This document shows, piece after piece, positions 38,687-52,189 of a stretch of 64,000 nt of DNA. The DNA is from Raillietiella orientalis (taxonomy: Eukaryota): contig JAYWIR010000089.1 of the NCBI GenBank assembly GCA_036172245.1, positions 186,001 to 250,000 on the forward strand, read 5' to 3'. Both the position numbers and the translations under genes were made by a program. Each line of letters starts with the position of its first letter. The stretch's first letter is position 1. Under the pieces are notes generated by a model. That model was not told the DNA's origin. It saw only the letters and a program-made list of their open reading frames with translations, and ran no database searches.

Positions 38687-40720
38687 GTCGAACTGTACAC
38701 TGCACACTTCATTTGCGACGGCTGGCTTCAGCATGAAGGCCACTCCGCGGGAGTGGCCTCCACCGGATCATCAAAGTAGCCTTCCCCCTGTGAGCCTTTC
38801 GATCTCCAGGACGTCCTCTCCCCTGAGGACGTGAACCTCTTGGAGAAGTGCCAGGCCGAAAGGTCGCAGGGTGTCGCCCACGCAACGCCTCCTGGATTCG
38901 CTACGCAGCCCGTTGACATTCCAACAGGCTATACGCAGCTGCCGGCAAGAGTCGATTCCACGCATCATGCTAATGATGGTGGTGGCGATTGTGTAGCCGC
39001 CTCCTGTTTGGGAGGCGGCTGGTCGATGTCCACCTGTATGGACGGCGTTTCCGTAACGACCGGAACGTCGGCAGCCGAACTGAGGTCGATCGGAAGATCG
39101 GAGCGGGCGGTTTCCACGGAGTGATCCCGCGACGTCGCGGACATCGCCTCCTCGCTACCCGAGCGCATTTCCTCCTCCTCAGCCTGAGGGGGAGCGACGC
39201 GCATAGGGTTGCGGGACTTCCGGCCCGCCTTCCTCTTCGGGAGGGCGACGGTGGGAGCGTTTCCGGCTTCCGCCTCGGACTCGGAAGTTTCCGGTCCTTC
39301 TCTTCCGCCGGGCGTCTCACAGCTTTCTTTGCATTCTTAGGCGGCTGCATTAAGGTGGCCGCAAGTTCCTCCGCCGCCTTCTCGGAACTTTTGTCCTCGC
39401 TGCTGCTGACGTCTGTTTCGCAGGTTTCCTGCGGCGTCTCCGCGGCCTTCGCGACGGTTGCAGGAGTCGCGTTCGATGCTCGACGCTCGATCGACGAAAC
39501 GCGCTCGATGTTAACGCGGCATTCATTAATACCTCGCGCGGCGAAATTTTATTTTTGCCTTTTGCTGGTTTTTTCGGAACCCTCGCGTTCTGATTTGTAT
39601 TGCTTTGTGTACGTTTTTTTGTTTTATTTTGAATTTCTTTTGTTTTTTTGCTTGCGACGGTTTTCCAGCCTTCCTCATCGGCAGTTGGCTTAGAAGTCTG
39701 CTTTTGAGAGTGCTTTTTCTTCTGCACGACTTCTTTTGAAGTTGGCTGAAGATCGCGTTGCAAGTTATTTTCGACCTTCTTTCCCTTTTTGTAGACGGTG
39801 TTTCCGGCGTTGGAGCGGCGTTATTTGGGCACTGAACGCTAGTGTGGCCCTTAGGGTTGCACGTCGGGCATGTGGCGTCCGCGCATCTCTTTTTGAGATG
39901 CCCAAACGTCTTGTATAGCCCGCAGTATTTTTCTTCCCCCACGTACCAGAGATCAACGGGCTCGTCATTAATCTGCAGCTTGTGGGGAATATCAACATGG
40001 TCCCCGACATTTACGCGAGCGGCAAGTTGCCCATTAATTGCGCCTCTATATGTGAAGGCGTTGGGCTTCTTCCACATAGCGTAAATCTCCGCGAACTTGT
40101 TAATTTCAGTGCGGATGGCTTCGTCGCTTATCCGCACTGTTGTTCCTGTTAGGTAGAACACTATCGAGTGATCCACCGGGTGTGGGAGGAAATTGAGCCC
40201 TTCGCAAGGAACGGGCATGCTAAGCAGTTTGTGCGTGAGCGCTGCATCTCTGCAGATTGGCTTCGCGAACTGCCCTCCGCTCTGTACCGAGAAGCACAGA
40301 ATCTCCTCCTCTGTAATGTCCATCCTACGGATGGCGTTTCCAAATTTCCGCGTAGTTACCCGTGAGTATAAATTACCTACCTTCAAAGCAGGGCTATGCT
40401 GTAGCCTTTTTTAATGTAGGCTTGCACTTCTGCAGCCACCTCCGGCGGAGCCACCGCGGCCACTTCATTCCATGCCTCCGCCGGGGGGGCGGGAGCTGAT
40501 TTTGTGGTGGGGCTTGACGTCAACTCCATGGGCTGGGGAGACGTTGGTCTCACGGCTCCCGTCACAGGTGTTACGGAGTCTTCAGGCATTCCTATCCCCC
40601 AACGACCGCATTTCTACACTCACACAAACTGCTTTTGGTTGAGCTCGCGGGAGCTCACCAAATACGCGTGCGTCTACGGCGAAGTTGGGTCGCATCGTTG
40701 CGCGCGGTAAGAGTTTGCCA
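38687..40720 (-). mobile_element. Element L: 5' UTR, ORF1 (40589-38965, frameshifted) and start of endonuclease
   Basis: KVGNLYS, DLWYVG, CPTCNPKGHTSVQC; IACWNVNGL...LALLQEVH at 38771..38968. 5' boundary approximate. Confidence 0.9.
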
Positions 40721-40967
40721 TATGCGCGCTACGTGGACGCGCCGTCATCTTTAAATTTCAGCATTGCAAATAAAAAGAAAAATTAACTAACTCAACAAAA
40801 ATTTCGGTTTACACAATATTCAAGAAATCAAAGAAGGTGCTAGTTGCTGCTTGCATTGAAAATTGAAGCTCGAAACAAAGAGTTGAGATCCTGGGATGCT
40901 ATGCGACAGTAACTATTGTGAATGAATTCACGCGTTGCACTGATAATATTTCTGCAGACACAGTGGC

Positions 40968-40986
40968 AAAAAAAAAAAAAAAAAAA
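40968..40986 (+). repeat. Poly(A) run of about 19 nt
   Basis: gtggc followed by an A-run in an AT-rich spacer. Confidence 0.8.
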
Positions 40987-41282
40987 CCTTTTGGAAAAGA
41001 TTGAAACGTTCTTCCAAAATCTTGAGGTCAAAAGGAACATGGGAATAAGCTTACCTTGGCCAATCAACAGCATTCTAGTTGAACTATAACAGCTACGGAC
41101 GACCAAAGGAGCGCCCTTTCTTTTACCACAATAATCACTGTATTACTACGATTCCTTCTGAACAAGTGAAATAACTCTGTAAGATGCACTGCAAACAATA
41201 TAAATGTAAGTGCGTAGAGAAAATTTCACGAACTTCACAATTGAACTGTCAGCTACTTAGTGACACGAAGAAACGTCCGCAC

Positions 41283-43125
41283 ATAGAGGCTGACGCTGGC
41301 CAAACTGACGAGCTCTTGTCCACGTACGCCGTTCGTGGCGGCGTATGCCGATGACCTGCTTCTCCTTTCACCCATGTCCACCCCGGCGACCACTCTCCAG
41401 AATTTCTTCGAGCTTATTCGTCCGGGAGCGGGCGTGAGCGTGAACAGTACGAAATCCAGCGCTATGCCGGTTGGCTCTACGTGGGAGGGGCAGTCGGAAT
41501 GGATTCGCCTGGGGATCCACACAAGTAGGTGCTTTGAGTACCTTGGCGTTCCCTTGACCGCCTCCTGTGCAGCACAAGCGTGGTCGGACTGTCTTCACAA
41601 GGCCGAGACTGCCCTGGCATCGTTACAAGGCCTCACGTTCCTGCTGCCGGAGCGGACCTTCGTGTAGAACATTTTCGTTGCCTCCTTCCACCGTCCCCTC
41701 TTTTTTGTTTGCCCCCCTCCCTATTCGGCCAAGCTTCGGGCGAAGCGTCTGTTGCGGAACGCCTTGTGGGGACCGTCGAGTCCCAGGATCCGCCTCAAAG
41801 ACTTGGCGTCTCCTCGGCGGGATGCCGGCTTGGGTATTCTGACGCTGGAGCGGATCGGACTGCTAGTGCAGTTCCGCATGCTGGCACTGCGCGTCCAGCT
41901 TTGGACGAATTCGTTGCGTGTTCCAGCGTGCCTGTTTCTGCGGCGCTGCATGGGGGACGACGGACAGCGTTCGTTGCACCTGCGTGCGGAGCGCGCCATG
42001 AGAGGATTCAACTTCTCGCTTTGGCAGCTCGCCTCGCTTCTTGGAACGCATTCGTGGATCTCCTGCCGGCCGACCAACTTCAACTCCTGGCGGCAGGTAG
42101 TCTTATCGACCTAAACAGGGCACAGGATGTGTTCCGATTGGAAATCCGTTGCGTGAATCTTGCCCCATGTTGTCCAGTGGGGAAGGTGTGGCAATACCAG
42201 GACAAGAGGTCTCGCCTGGCCGCTACGCTCCTCGCCAAAGCGCTGTCTGCCCTAATGGCCCGGAACGATAGTGACTTACCGGCGAGGTGGGACGTCGCTT
42301 GCGCTATCGCAGGTGAAACCCGACTTCTGGGCAGCTGGAGGACCTGCGTGCTGGCAGACACTGCCACGCCTCGCCTTTGTGCCAACGGACTTCTCCGGTG
42401 GAGCGAGCTCCTCAGAGTGCGGTCCGATGAACTTCTGGCCCCTTCCCCGTGCTTGGACACGGACACCACTGTGTTCCCCCTTCTGTAAAAACAGAACGCT
42501 TTTCTGCTGGTGCATTGGGGCCTGTACTGCAAGCAGCGCGCTCACCTGGTTTCCGGGGGAGTCGCGTCCTCTGACTGTGCAGCATGCGGAGCGGTGGATT
42601 CGCATCCGCATTTCCTATTTGGATGCGGTGCCCTCCAGGAGCTGTGGCGGTAGCTGTCTTCAGCGCTCCTGGACCCCTGACACATCGTAACGGATTCTGT
42701 GCGCAGCTTCCTCACGCGTGGCTGTCCACCTCTATAAGCGGTCGTCGCAATCGTCTGCTGCGTCCTTGCCATTGTCAGGGCCCGCCACGTATTGCAGCTG
42801 CGAGCAGTCCTAACATCGGTCCTGACAGTGCAGCCTGCAATCTGCAACTGGCTGCAGGGTGGTTATACGTTGATGAAGAAGTGAGGGCGAAGATTGCCGG
42901 CATTCACCGCCGGTTCTGAGGAATAAAAACGGATGAAGCTGCAGACCCCTGTCCCTACCCTTTCACTATACTTATTCAATTTCCCCTCTTTGCCGTTCCG
43001 AACTCTCAGTGTGCCCGACTTGCGTACCGGGAACCCTCCTGCTCATCTGGTCCTCTTTCCTGGGAACACATGTACCAGATGATTTCAAACAACAAACGTC
43101 CTGGCGGGACCGTGTAACAAACGAC
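41283..43125 (+). mobile_element. Element B'' : third, more decayed copy of B 3' half
   Basis: AAYADDLLLL, RIRLKDLASPRRDAGLGILTLERIGLLVQFRMLAL, GIHRRF end and UTR. Confidence 0.9.
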
Positions 43126-44262
43126 AACGCTGCAATCTTTGATCGAAACGCTACCAAGCTGTTTTTGTACGCGGTTCCGATTTGTTTCTCTAGTCGTCGT
43201 TTTTCCTTCGCCTTCTTGGCTGTTGCCACCTGCCATTCAGAGCATTTTTCGTTTTCCTTAACCGTTTCGGCGCTGTTCGCCGGAGTCCTGGGTGCGGCCT
43301 AACTTGGGACGCGAGTGGCACAGCTATCGCTGCAGCTTTCGACGCAAGCTATTTTGGTAGCAGCCTGGAGCGTTTTTTGGCGTGTCTCATGGACACCACG
43401 CGCACGGCTGCATGTGGTCACACCTCCCGTGTGTGTCCCATCGTCTTGTATACCTGGCACTGGACGTTGACGCACTTCTTTTTGTGGCGGCCCGATGTAT
43501 TGCGGAAGCCGCAGTATTTGGGTTTCCCCACAACTATAGGTCGATCGTTTCGCCGACGAACACCAGTTTGTGAGGAAAAGCACAGTCTTCTCGGACGGTA
43601 ATGCGCGCAGCCGTGAGGCCATATTGCAGTCCAGTATAGTCCAAAAATGGACTAGGCTTGGACCAATGGGCATGAATCGTTTCGAATTACTCCAGCACGG
43701 CGCGTACGGTTCCCCTACTGATCCGCGCTGTAAACTACTAATAGGTAGACCACCGTGCTGCTGTCCCCCATAATGGGAAGAAGCCTGCGTTTTCCCATCA
43801 CCACGGAGATTTTGAGCAGCCAGATCTGCCTGTTTGCTGATCACCTTGCTGTACTGCCCCCCTATGCGGAGGGTCATCGCGCGAAGTTCTTCTTTCTGTA
43901 CATTAAGAGCGCGCACCGCCTACTGGAACTCGCGCACACTCTCAACACAATGGAGATTGCCTACCTCGTAGAAAAGATAGGGTTTATACTCTCCTCCAAG
44001 AAGGCGTTCAATTCCGAGGCGGCTGCTGGCGTTGGCGCCGCTACGGAGACGCTGCACGCCCGCGCTGCAGCGGGCATTGATTCTGTGAGGACGAGTGCCC
44101 CAGCTCCTTCGCCGCTAAGGGCTACTTTTCCGTCGCCCCCTGGAACTTCCTGGTGGTCGCCGTGACAAGTATTGCTATCTGACTGGCCACCGAACCACAT
44201 GACGCGTACATTTAAGAAGGGTTGCTGGCACCGAGGAGCACCGAGAAAACACGTCCGTCCAG
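43126..44262 (-). mobile_element. Element C'' : third, decayed copy of C 5' part
   Basis: MRALNVQKEELRAMTLRIGGQY; same DCSVVV junction with the B terminus. Confidence 0.85.
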
Positions 44263-45800
44263 CGCGCATAAAGCATTCGAATTTCTAGACCTGAGTCTTC
44301 TGTTGGAGTTACTGAAATCCTCGGGCTTCCTGGTCTCTTTGTAACCTACCTGCGCTCCTTCTGACGCGATGCGCTAATCCGGATCTATCTCAGTGGACAC
44401 ACCGTGCACGGCGTGTCGGTGCGACATGGCATACCGAAGAAAGAGTGTCTGTGTTCCTTCGTCATCAGTGCCTACTTACAGTGGGTACTGAGAACGTACA
44501 GTTAAACTCTGCCGCATCTGCCGCACGTTTGTGACGGTACGTCTGCGGTTTCAGCATACGCGGACGACCTTCTGCTGCTGCTCCCTATGTCAACTTCGGC
44601 TGCTCAGTCGGGAAACACGACTAACGGAGAAGAGGGCGAAGTCGTATGTAATGCCGGTTGAAGAGGCGTGGACAGTGAAGCAGAACTGGGTCTGCTTGGG
44701 GATCCCCACGCTGAGGTAGTTCAAGTACCTCGGTGTGCCGTTATGGGACTATCTTTAATGAGACGCATGCCTCCAGAAAGCACAGTCGGAGATCCGCCCG
44801 TTTCAAGGCACCACGTGTTTCCTGCCGGAACAAACCGCAGTTTGGAAAACGTTCGCGGCTCCTCTCCTGCGCACCCCCCACAGAGAGAATGAAGAAGCGT
44901 ACGAACGACCTCCTGCGTATCGCCTTTTGGGGCAACGGGATGGCCCCACTCTGCCTGAATGACTTGTGCGCTGCGCGTTGGGACGGCAGTCTCTGCCTAA
45001 TGACGTTACAGCAGCTGCTGCATCAGCTCCAGTTTAGAATAATGGCCGTTGTGCCGGAGTTGAGGTGCACCTGCTAACGCGTTCGTGCTCGTCTCTTCGT
45101 CAAGCGAGCCACCCGGAAGACGGAACTCACGCCCTTTGTTGTGCTCCATCGCCGATGTGGATACCAACTACGGATAGTTGCCTCCTTGACACGGAGAAAC
45201 CCTAAATTGGTCAACTGTCGCTTCGCGAACGGTAGTGCTTGTTTGCAGGAAATCGTTCGCACGTGTGTACAGAGCGGCACGCAAGGCGCCCTTCAGGAAT
45301 GACGGTGCCTGTTTGGGCGCTACAGAAGTTGCACGCTTTGAGAGATCCTGGAGGCTCCGAGGAAGAGAGTGTGGTCAGGAAGGACCCCCCTCGCTGATGC
45401 GATGGCCTCCCTAATGGAAGTTCTGGACAGCGATGTTGCGGCGAAGTGGGTGTTTTCATTAACCATCTCCGGGAAGAAGAAGAAGCTAGGAGAGTGAAAG
45501 ACGGGTCTGGAGAGCGGTGATCCCTGATTGTGTTCATTGTGGGGAACGGGAGTCCCTCCCTCACTCGCTAGTGGAATGTGTTTTCCTTTGGATTCTCTGG
45601 TTACGCTTTGCCGCGGCCATCAGTATCCTCTGCGGCAACCCCAGGGACGCTTTAAAAAGCCCCTTCGTTAACAATGCCCTTCGGCTTGCGGCCGCGATAG
45701 CAGCCCTGTGCTGCCCTCGCGGGATCGTCGCGGATTGGAGAAAGCCTATGGGAGGACTTAGCGATAAGGGTGCCATCCAGCACGCCGCAGCTAAAAGTCT
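44263..45800 (+). pseudogene. Decayed M-like ORF2 3' half
   Basis: tacgcggacgac (YADD) near 44557; QLQFRIMAVVPELRCTC* shares a stop with element M; CVHCGERESLPHSLVEC. Confidence 0.8.
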
Positions 45801-48800
45801 CTCGAGAAAGTCCAATGTACGCTAACTGCAAATAACCTCCTTGCTGTCCTCACTGTATTTGCTTCCTGTTTTAGTGCATTCGGTATGGGATTCGTGCCTT
45901 CGTATTTGCAAAAGAATCGCTTTTTCCCTTATGGTTTTGTTGGAAGCTGATATCTTTGCAGTGATGAAGTTCTCACACTGTTCAAATGGAAGTGGAGAGT
46001 CGCGACTAATGAGTTGAAACTGGCACATAGTTCTGAAAGGAAAACTAAGGAACGACTCTTGAGAAGAACTTAAGGAAACCGGATGCTGCCTGCGGAGATC
46101 AACGGTGCATAACTGCGGAGATGAGTTCCTTCCAAAATCGTGGAAAACGCTGGAGCCTGGCGCCTGAGAAGAACTTTACCTCTTCCGGCAAGTCAAAGTT
46201 AGATTCCTTCCAAAGAAGGAGTTCTCACTCCAATGTGGCTACGAAAGCTCATTGCTACGGATAACCGCGCAAGCCATGTACGTTGACAGGCTGCCAACTG
46301 ACTGGATGACGAAAAGAGGAGCATCAGGGATACGTCCGCAGTCCTGCGCTGTTCGTTCATGAAGTATGGTATCCAAATCGTTTCTCTTCAGCACATGGAC
46401 GAACGTAGAAAGACCGATTGCACCCTGAGAAAACGGAAGCACGGCACTATTCGAGCGAATATTGAACGTCTCACACACGGTGTAAGAAACGAAGATCCGG
46501 AAGCCCTTTCGGTTGGGTTTGCTTTGTACACCAGATTTGAGTACACAGATTCCAAGTCTTTGTGTAACACTGTCGCTAATCTTGTTCAGAAATTGACATC
46601 GAAAGTCGTCAATTAATCTTTCGAACGCATCAGTGTTCCGCCTGGAACCATGTACGGGAGGACGTGCATTTTCGCGCGGTCCATCTTCGAAAGAGACGCT
46701 CTACACCCAATTCTAGTACGGAAATGTTCAGCTTCCCACCGTGCTTCCAACTTCAAAATGAAATCTTCCTTTCTTATTTGATCAAAATATGTCGTTCTCA
46801 AGAACGTGCGGAAACCTTTGCGATTCCAACATGGTATCCGGAGGCACCAGCTGTCAGGGCTCATCTTGCGCGAAGCGGCATTGGTTGCCACGGTAACAAC
46901 GGCAGTGGTCTTCAGCCAAAGTATCCGCTGTTTGAGTGGACACATCGAGGGTTTGCAAGTAGAAAAACATCCATTGATGTCTTCATTATGTGGAAGACGA
47001 ATGATGCCAATGCATACGCTGCTTGCAAGTAGATTCCTGAGTAATTTGCGAGAATGTTACAACGAGAAGTTGGTCATTTGACTTCTTTCGCAAACTCTAT
47101 TTTTTTTTTCCCTTGCGAAGATTTCTCTGGATTATTTTCTTGCGGAAAATGCCTTTTCAAACAAGCTTCTACGTACTTACACTTCCATTCAACTGAGAAA
47201 GATCGATTTTCATTTGAAATGGCTCGACACTTTATTTACTAAATACATTCAACGTTGATGGTTCCAATGAAATTAAGTGACAAACGCCAGAGAAGTGGGA
47301 AATCTCATCTCGGACTATTTTTGAACCGTCTGGTTATTTACAGGGAGGTTTTCAATTTGAAGTGAGCGCTTCGTCGTTCTGAGATCATGAGCAGGCGGTC
47401 TTGCAGTTTGTGCAAAGGAAGCGAAAACCCAGAGATCTGAGGAAAAAGTTGCTCGTTTGTTAACTTGCTTGTGGCCTGGGAGGCAGTTGGATGATATCAA
47501 AATTTTCCTTACCTTTGCTAATTAACAAACCAGGAAGGGAAAAATTAAGTTCTTCTATACGGTCAAGGTACCATTCAATGCGGTCGACATCCCTCTGGGG
47601 GCACAGTAAGGATGCGTGCTTATCAGCTCTAGCGCAGAGGTTCGAATGTCCTTATAGTCAATGAAATTAGAAAACGCCCAATTTCTTTGTTCGTGAATTG
47701 CCAACCATCAATGTATTTCTTCCCGATTACGCGTCCATTATTCCATTTTCCTTATGCTATGAAGGCACTCCTACAAACGAATGTCCGAAGTATCCACCCA
47801 ACTCCTTCGAGATCTTCATCACAGCATTTCATTGGCGTCACACCGGGAGTCGCGAATCTGTTCCTCATGTCATCTTGGACAGATCAGCTGTACTGACCTC
47901 TCTTTCAAAGTATGAACCGACCTTCCTCTTGCGAAAACACATGAGAAAAAGGAAATTCAGCTTATGTCCAGTTATTTGGATCGATATGAAACGCCCGTCA
48001 TGCCATAAAGTCAGCAGACTTTTGTGCCAATGCCCACCCTTTCAATAAAACCAAAGAACAAGAGGTTAATAGCTTCATTTTAGCAAACATGTGAAACAAA
48101 TTGAGCACTTTGTTTCCATCATTTTGATTCGGTAACTTCTTGAAATTCCAGCCAGCAATCGGTGTTTTCTGGAAACGTGCAATTTGCAACGAATGGAGTC
48201 TGCAGTATCAGTTTTTCATTTTCTTGGCCAGGGAGTCTGAAACATAGCTGCAGTCAAAATTGGCGGCAATGCAATTCAGAATTGGAGACGCATCTCCTTA
48301 TGTGGATCCTATTGGGCATAGAAAACGGCTCCTCCGATTCAGAGATTTAAATTTTCAAAAAACTGTTACTCCATATTTACTTATTGAAACGTTTTCATAC
48401 GTTCCACTGCACGCTTGATAGCGCAGCTTTAGAGTGCTAATCTCAGCCGTCGGTCTCCAACGAGAAAAGACTTTCGTGCATCTTGAATGCTTCTTTGACG
48501 CTAGCTGCTCGAATGCTGCAGCAAGACGCTACTTTACCTGGGATCAGGGTGGAATTCGCAGCCACATGTCTTCTCACCCCCTGAAATGTCTACAAGCACA
48601 GATTCATCAGAGTTTCCCGCAGACTAAGAAAATCATTTTAAAACTTCCAGAGTGCAGTAGGAACTTACTTCCACGCGTACCGAACAAGGTGTTTCATGTG
48701 GTGGTGGCAATTCATTTGGTCCCCATCCTTGCTTGCAGATTGGATGTATGTCTTGACTCACGTCGTTGGCAGTCTCAAAAACGAACGAACATTCTCCTTG

Positions 48801-51419
48801 GATATTTTGAAACTCAAGGGCGAATTCCGTAGAACGGAGTGAAAAGAACTCCAGAGCTCCCAGGTTGCTTTCGATGAAAAAAGCTACCACCAGCAGCAGC
48901 CTCTGAAACTTGAAATTTTTAAAGCAGCACAACATTTACGATGCGTGGAAACCTAGCACGAATGACCAACGGAAACTGCAAATGTCAATCATAGTCTTTC
49001 CTATGACTCTTAGACGGAGGAATAGTTGGCCGATGGTGCTGCGATAAAAGAACAAAACCATTCCACATAAGACGATTGGTTCCTTCTTTCAGAATTCGAA
49101 ACTCCCTACGCAATATTGTCGGAATGCTTGCGTTCTCCCGGAGGCTATTCTGTTCAGCAATGCCATTACATGTCCGATCCACACGTCTCGTACCTCAACC
49201 CTCTGCCACTCACTTCGTATTACAGGGAAAGTATATCCTAGCGCCATCTCAATACACTTGCCATCGTATGATCAGAAAACGAGGAAGCGTTTCTTTATGA
49301 AACTGCACTTCCAAGTTATGCACGTAAACAGAAATTAGCACAGAACTCGCCGCATAGGGGACTCTACGCTGTACGTTTTTCGCGGACTAATGTACAGATA
49401 AGGAAAACGGTATTTCCATGAGCGGAAGTGGCCAGTTGCAAGGAAATGAGCAAATCGGAGCGACGATCCGCTGACTGCAGAGTTATTCTAAAACTCAATT
49501 TGCTGACCGTTCTCCGCCTCGAGTTGATTGCGACTAAGCAAAGCCGTCACTCGACACCATTCGGGTGCATCTCCAAAGCAACCGTTGGGCTTTCCCTTAC
49601 AGCTTGCTTGGCTGACGCTTGAGAGACGGAAAGAATTCTCACCATACTCATCCTTGGAATTGTCATCGGTTGCAGGTTCTCCTTTATTCCTGTTTGCTAT
49701 TCACTTTAGTCTTCGCCACACCAGGAAACGTTACCTCAACTGCGAAAGCGGAACGTATCTGCATCAAAAGTTATCCAGAGTTGCTGGTTTTACAAATGCT
49801 GCAAGAAGCGCAGGCAGCAGACCATAAATGCAGATACCACGAGATGCTTGCGTCACTTGTATGGGAGTCTTCGAAAGCACAACATGCGTGATTTTCGTAG
49901 ATGCGAAGCACATGTTCCCAGTCACGTGCTCTGAGCAAAAAGGAATGCTTCAAAATTGATTTTCATTTTTAATAACATATGCACTTGTTGGAAGGCGCTG
50001 TTGTTTTTTCGCCCTACTGTGCACATGCTGTGCTAATTTGCTGGAAAAAGGGGTCCATTGGAGCTTGTTGTTGTTGCAAGAGCCCAACAGATAATAATAA
50101 TTGCTTTCCCGATCTAAAAATCCAAGTTGATCAGCTATGGCTGCTGCGAATGCTCTCAGCTGAATTTGTCGGAATAATCTTTTTGAATTCTTTCAGCAAT
50201 TGAGGGGCAATTTTTTCAGGTGCTAAGCAGAGATGCAGCTCCTTCATGCGGTCGCGAATTCTTTAATCGGTTTACTTTCTTGTTCATAGAACAGCAGGGC
50301 TGTTCTTGAGACTTCCTGAAGCACACGATCAATGAGTAGAGAAGCAAATTCTGAAAACTAATGGATTCCAACAGGAATGCCATGCACTCACGTATTAAAA
50401 ACTTGTGTATGGAATTATCATTCCGGAAACGTACACACCTCTTGAATCACTTTAGTATGGATGTCCTTTTCTTAGTTATTAGTGACCACTTTCTAATACC
50501 TTAAACTCTTATGAAATCAGGATACAAATTTCGACCAATCAACGGAGTTAATCATTAAAATGCCTCTGCAAATTCCTTCGCAACGACGGAAAGCACGGCA
50601 TATGTGTTGCACGGCATATGTTTTAGAAGAACGAATGAACTACCTCCACTTTGGCAAACATCATAAAATGGTAATAATTGCGTTGCAGAGGACTGTATCG
50701 CACAGGCGAGTTCTTCCAGAGGCAATCTTTAAACACATTGTCGGTTAGCGAATGGCTTCTGTAAAGATCTTGGAAGTCAGATTGCTCCGGGCAGCGACGC
50801 TGCCACGAATCCAAGATGCCTGCATAGCACCGCAAATGGCACCGCAACGGCCAATGCATCACGAGCAATGTAGCGTTAGCGAGTGTATTTGGCACAGCAA
50901 AGTGAAGTTTCTGTGGCGGTAAGGGGACAACTCGCAAGGAGGCAGAAGGAATAGCACTTTGATAGGTGCGAAAAAGTCGTTTTCTTGTTCTACCTATCAG
51001 AATGGACATCCGCAGAACCCAGCGTGGTCCAACGAATCCGTGTCCTGCATGGGATTCGCCACTGCAGCACTTGCGACTTCTGCAGCTGCCATTCGAAGGG
51101 AGAGATGCCACTGTTCCTCCCGCAGGGCAATTGCGAGAACTGCCCTCCAGGGTAACATTCGTTGGAGTGGCGCACTCGCATTCGCGGAGCCATTTCCTGC
51201 TTTTCTTTATATTGCTTTCCCGCGTCGTTAAAGGCTGATCGCTCTTGGTTCCTGGTCTGGAGATTCAGCAGTGAGCACAGGGTTCAACAAAGCCGACAGT
51301 AGCATCTTGAGATTCCTTGTATCTCTCTCCACCGCTGAGGATCGTTCTTGGTTCCCCAGTAGGATATTTCTCTGGAAAATTTGAATAGGATGAAATTCTA
51401 AAATCAACTCCCCGTATAC

Positions 51420-52150
51420 ATTTAGTGCCATAACACGCGGTTCCGCCTTTCTTGGAGCAATTTTCTCTACCGATCCAAAGTCCGGTGAGATTTTCTATCC
51501 ACGAGCATGAAATGGGAAAACCACAAACAAAGAAGCAAACAAATAAGAAACAGAAGGAAAGGCAATGTTTTCTGGGAAGGAGAGGGATGGGAAGCAATCA
51601 CTGCTAATCGCGCATGGTCTTCTGCAACCAGCTGTAATGCGGACAAATGCAGGTCTTAGGATTCGAAGTCACCGTAATTGGAAAGTCTTCCCCATCGAGA
51701 TGGCTATGCAGTGAATAGTGTTCCGGCTGCTGCAGCCCCTCCTGGACACAGTCGCGTTGTCCAGAATTGCTTGTTTCCGGAAACGAACTGCAGCACACGC
51801 GGCTGATGGACGGGAGTGCTCCATGTGGGAGCATAGAAAAATGTTTCTCGAGTCGCCCTATTGAATGTTTAAAATCAACGATCTTCGAATCCACATGAGG
51901 CGGAGGGTGACGAACTCGTTGCTTAGGTGGGGGAAGGATTGGCTCTTCCTGCATCCCGCACAATAAACATGTACGCCACCCAGTGTCCAGTGGGAGAGGC
52001 GTGCTGCTCAAAGGAGTGCTCACTGCAACATATGCAGAGCCGTCTTCTGACAAACCAAGAGGAGAGTGCCAACTGCCCATAGTTCTGAGAGCTGCTTCAA
52101 TCTGTCGGATCTATGGCGAGCAGATCGTTCAAACCAATGGAGCTTCTCCG
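51420..52150 (-). pseudogene. Old A-like LINE 3' end remnant
   Basis: Remnants of PLHWV..CLLCG zinc-finger region and a T-rich UTR resembling that of element A. Confidence 0.6.
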
Positions 52151-52189
52151 CCGCCTTAAGGGCCTTCCAGCTTTGCTGCTTCTGCCATG

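Noticed and set aside
40960..40990. Poly(A) tail of a retroposed element
   Set aside because: No upstream element homology, hairpin or TSD found; treated as a simple repeat.
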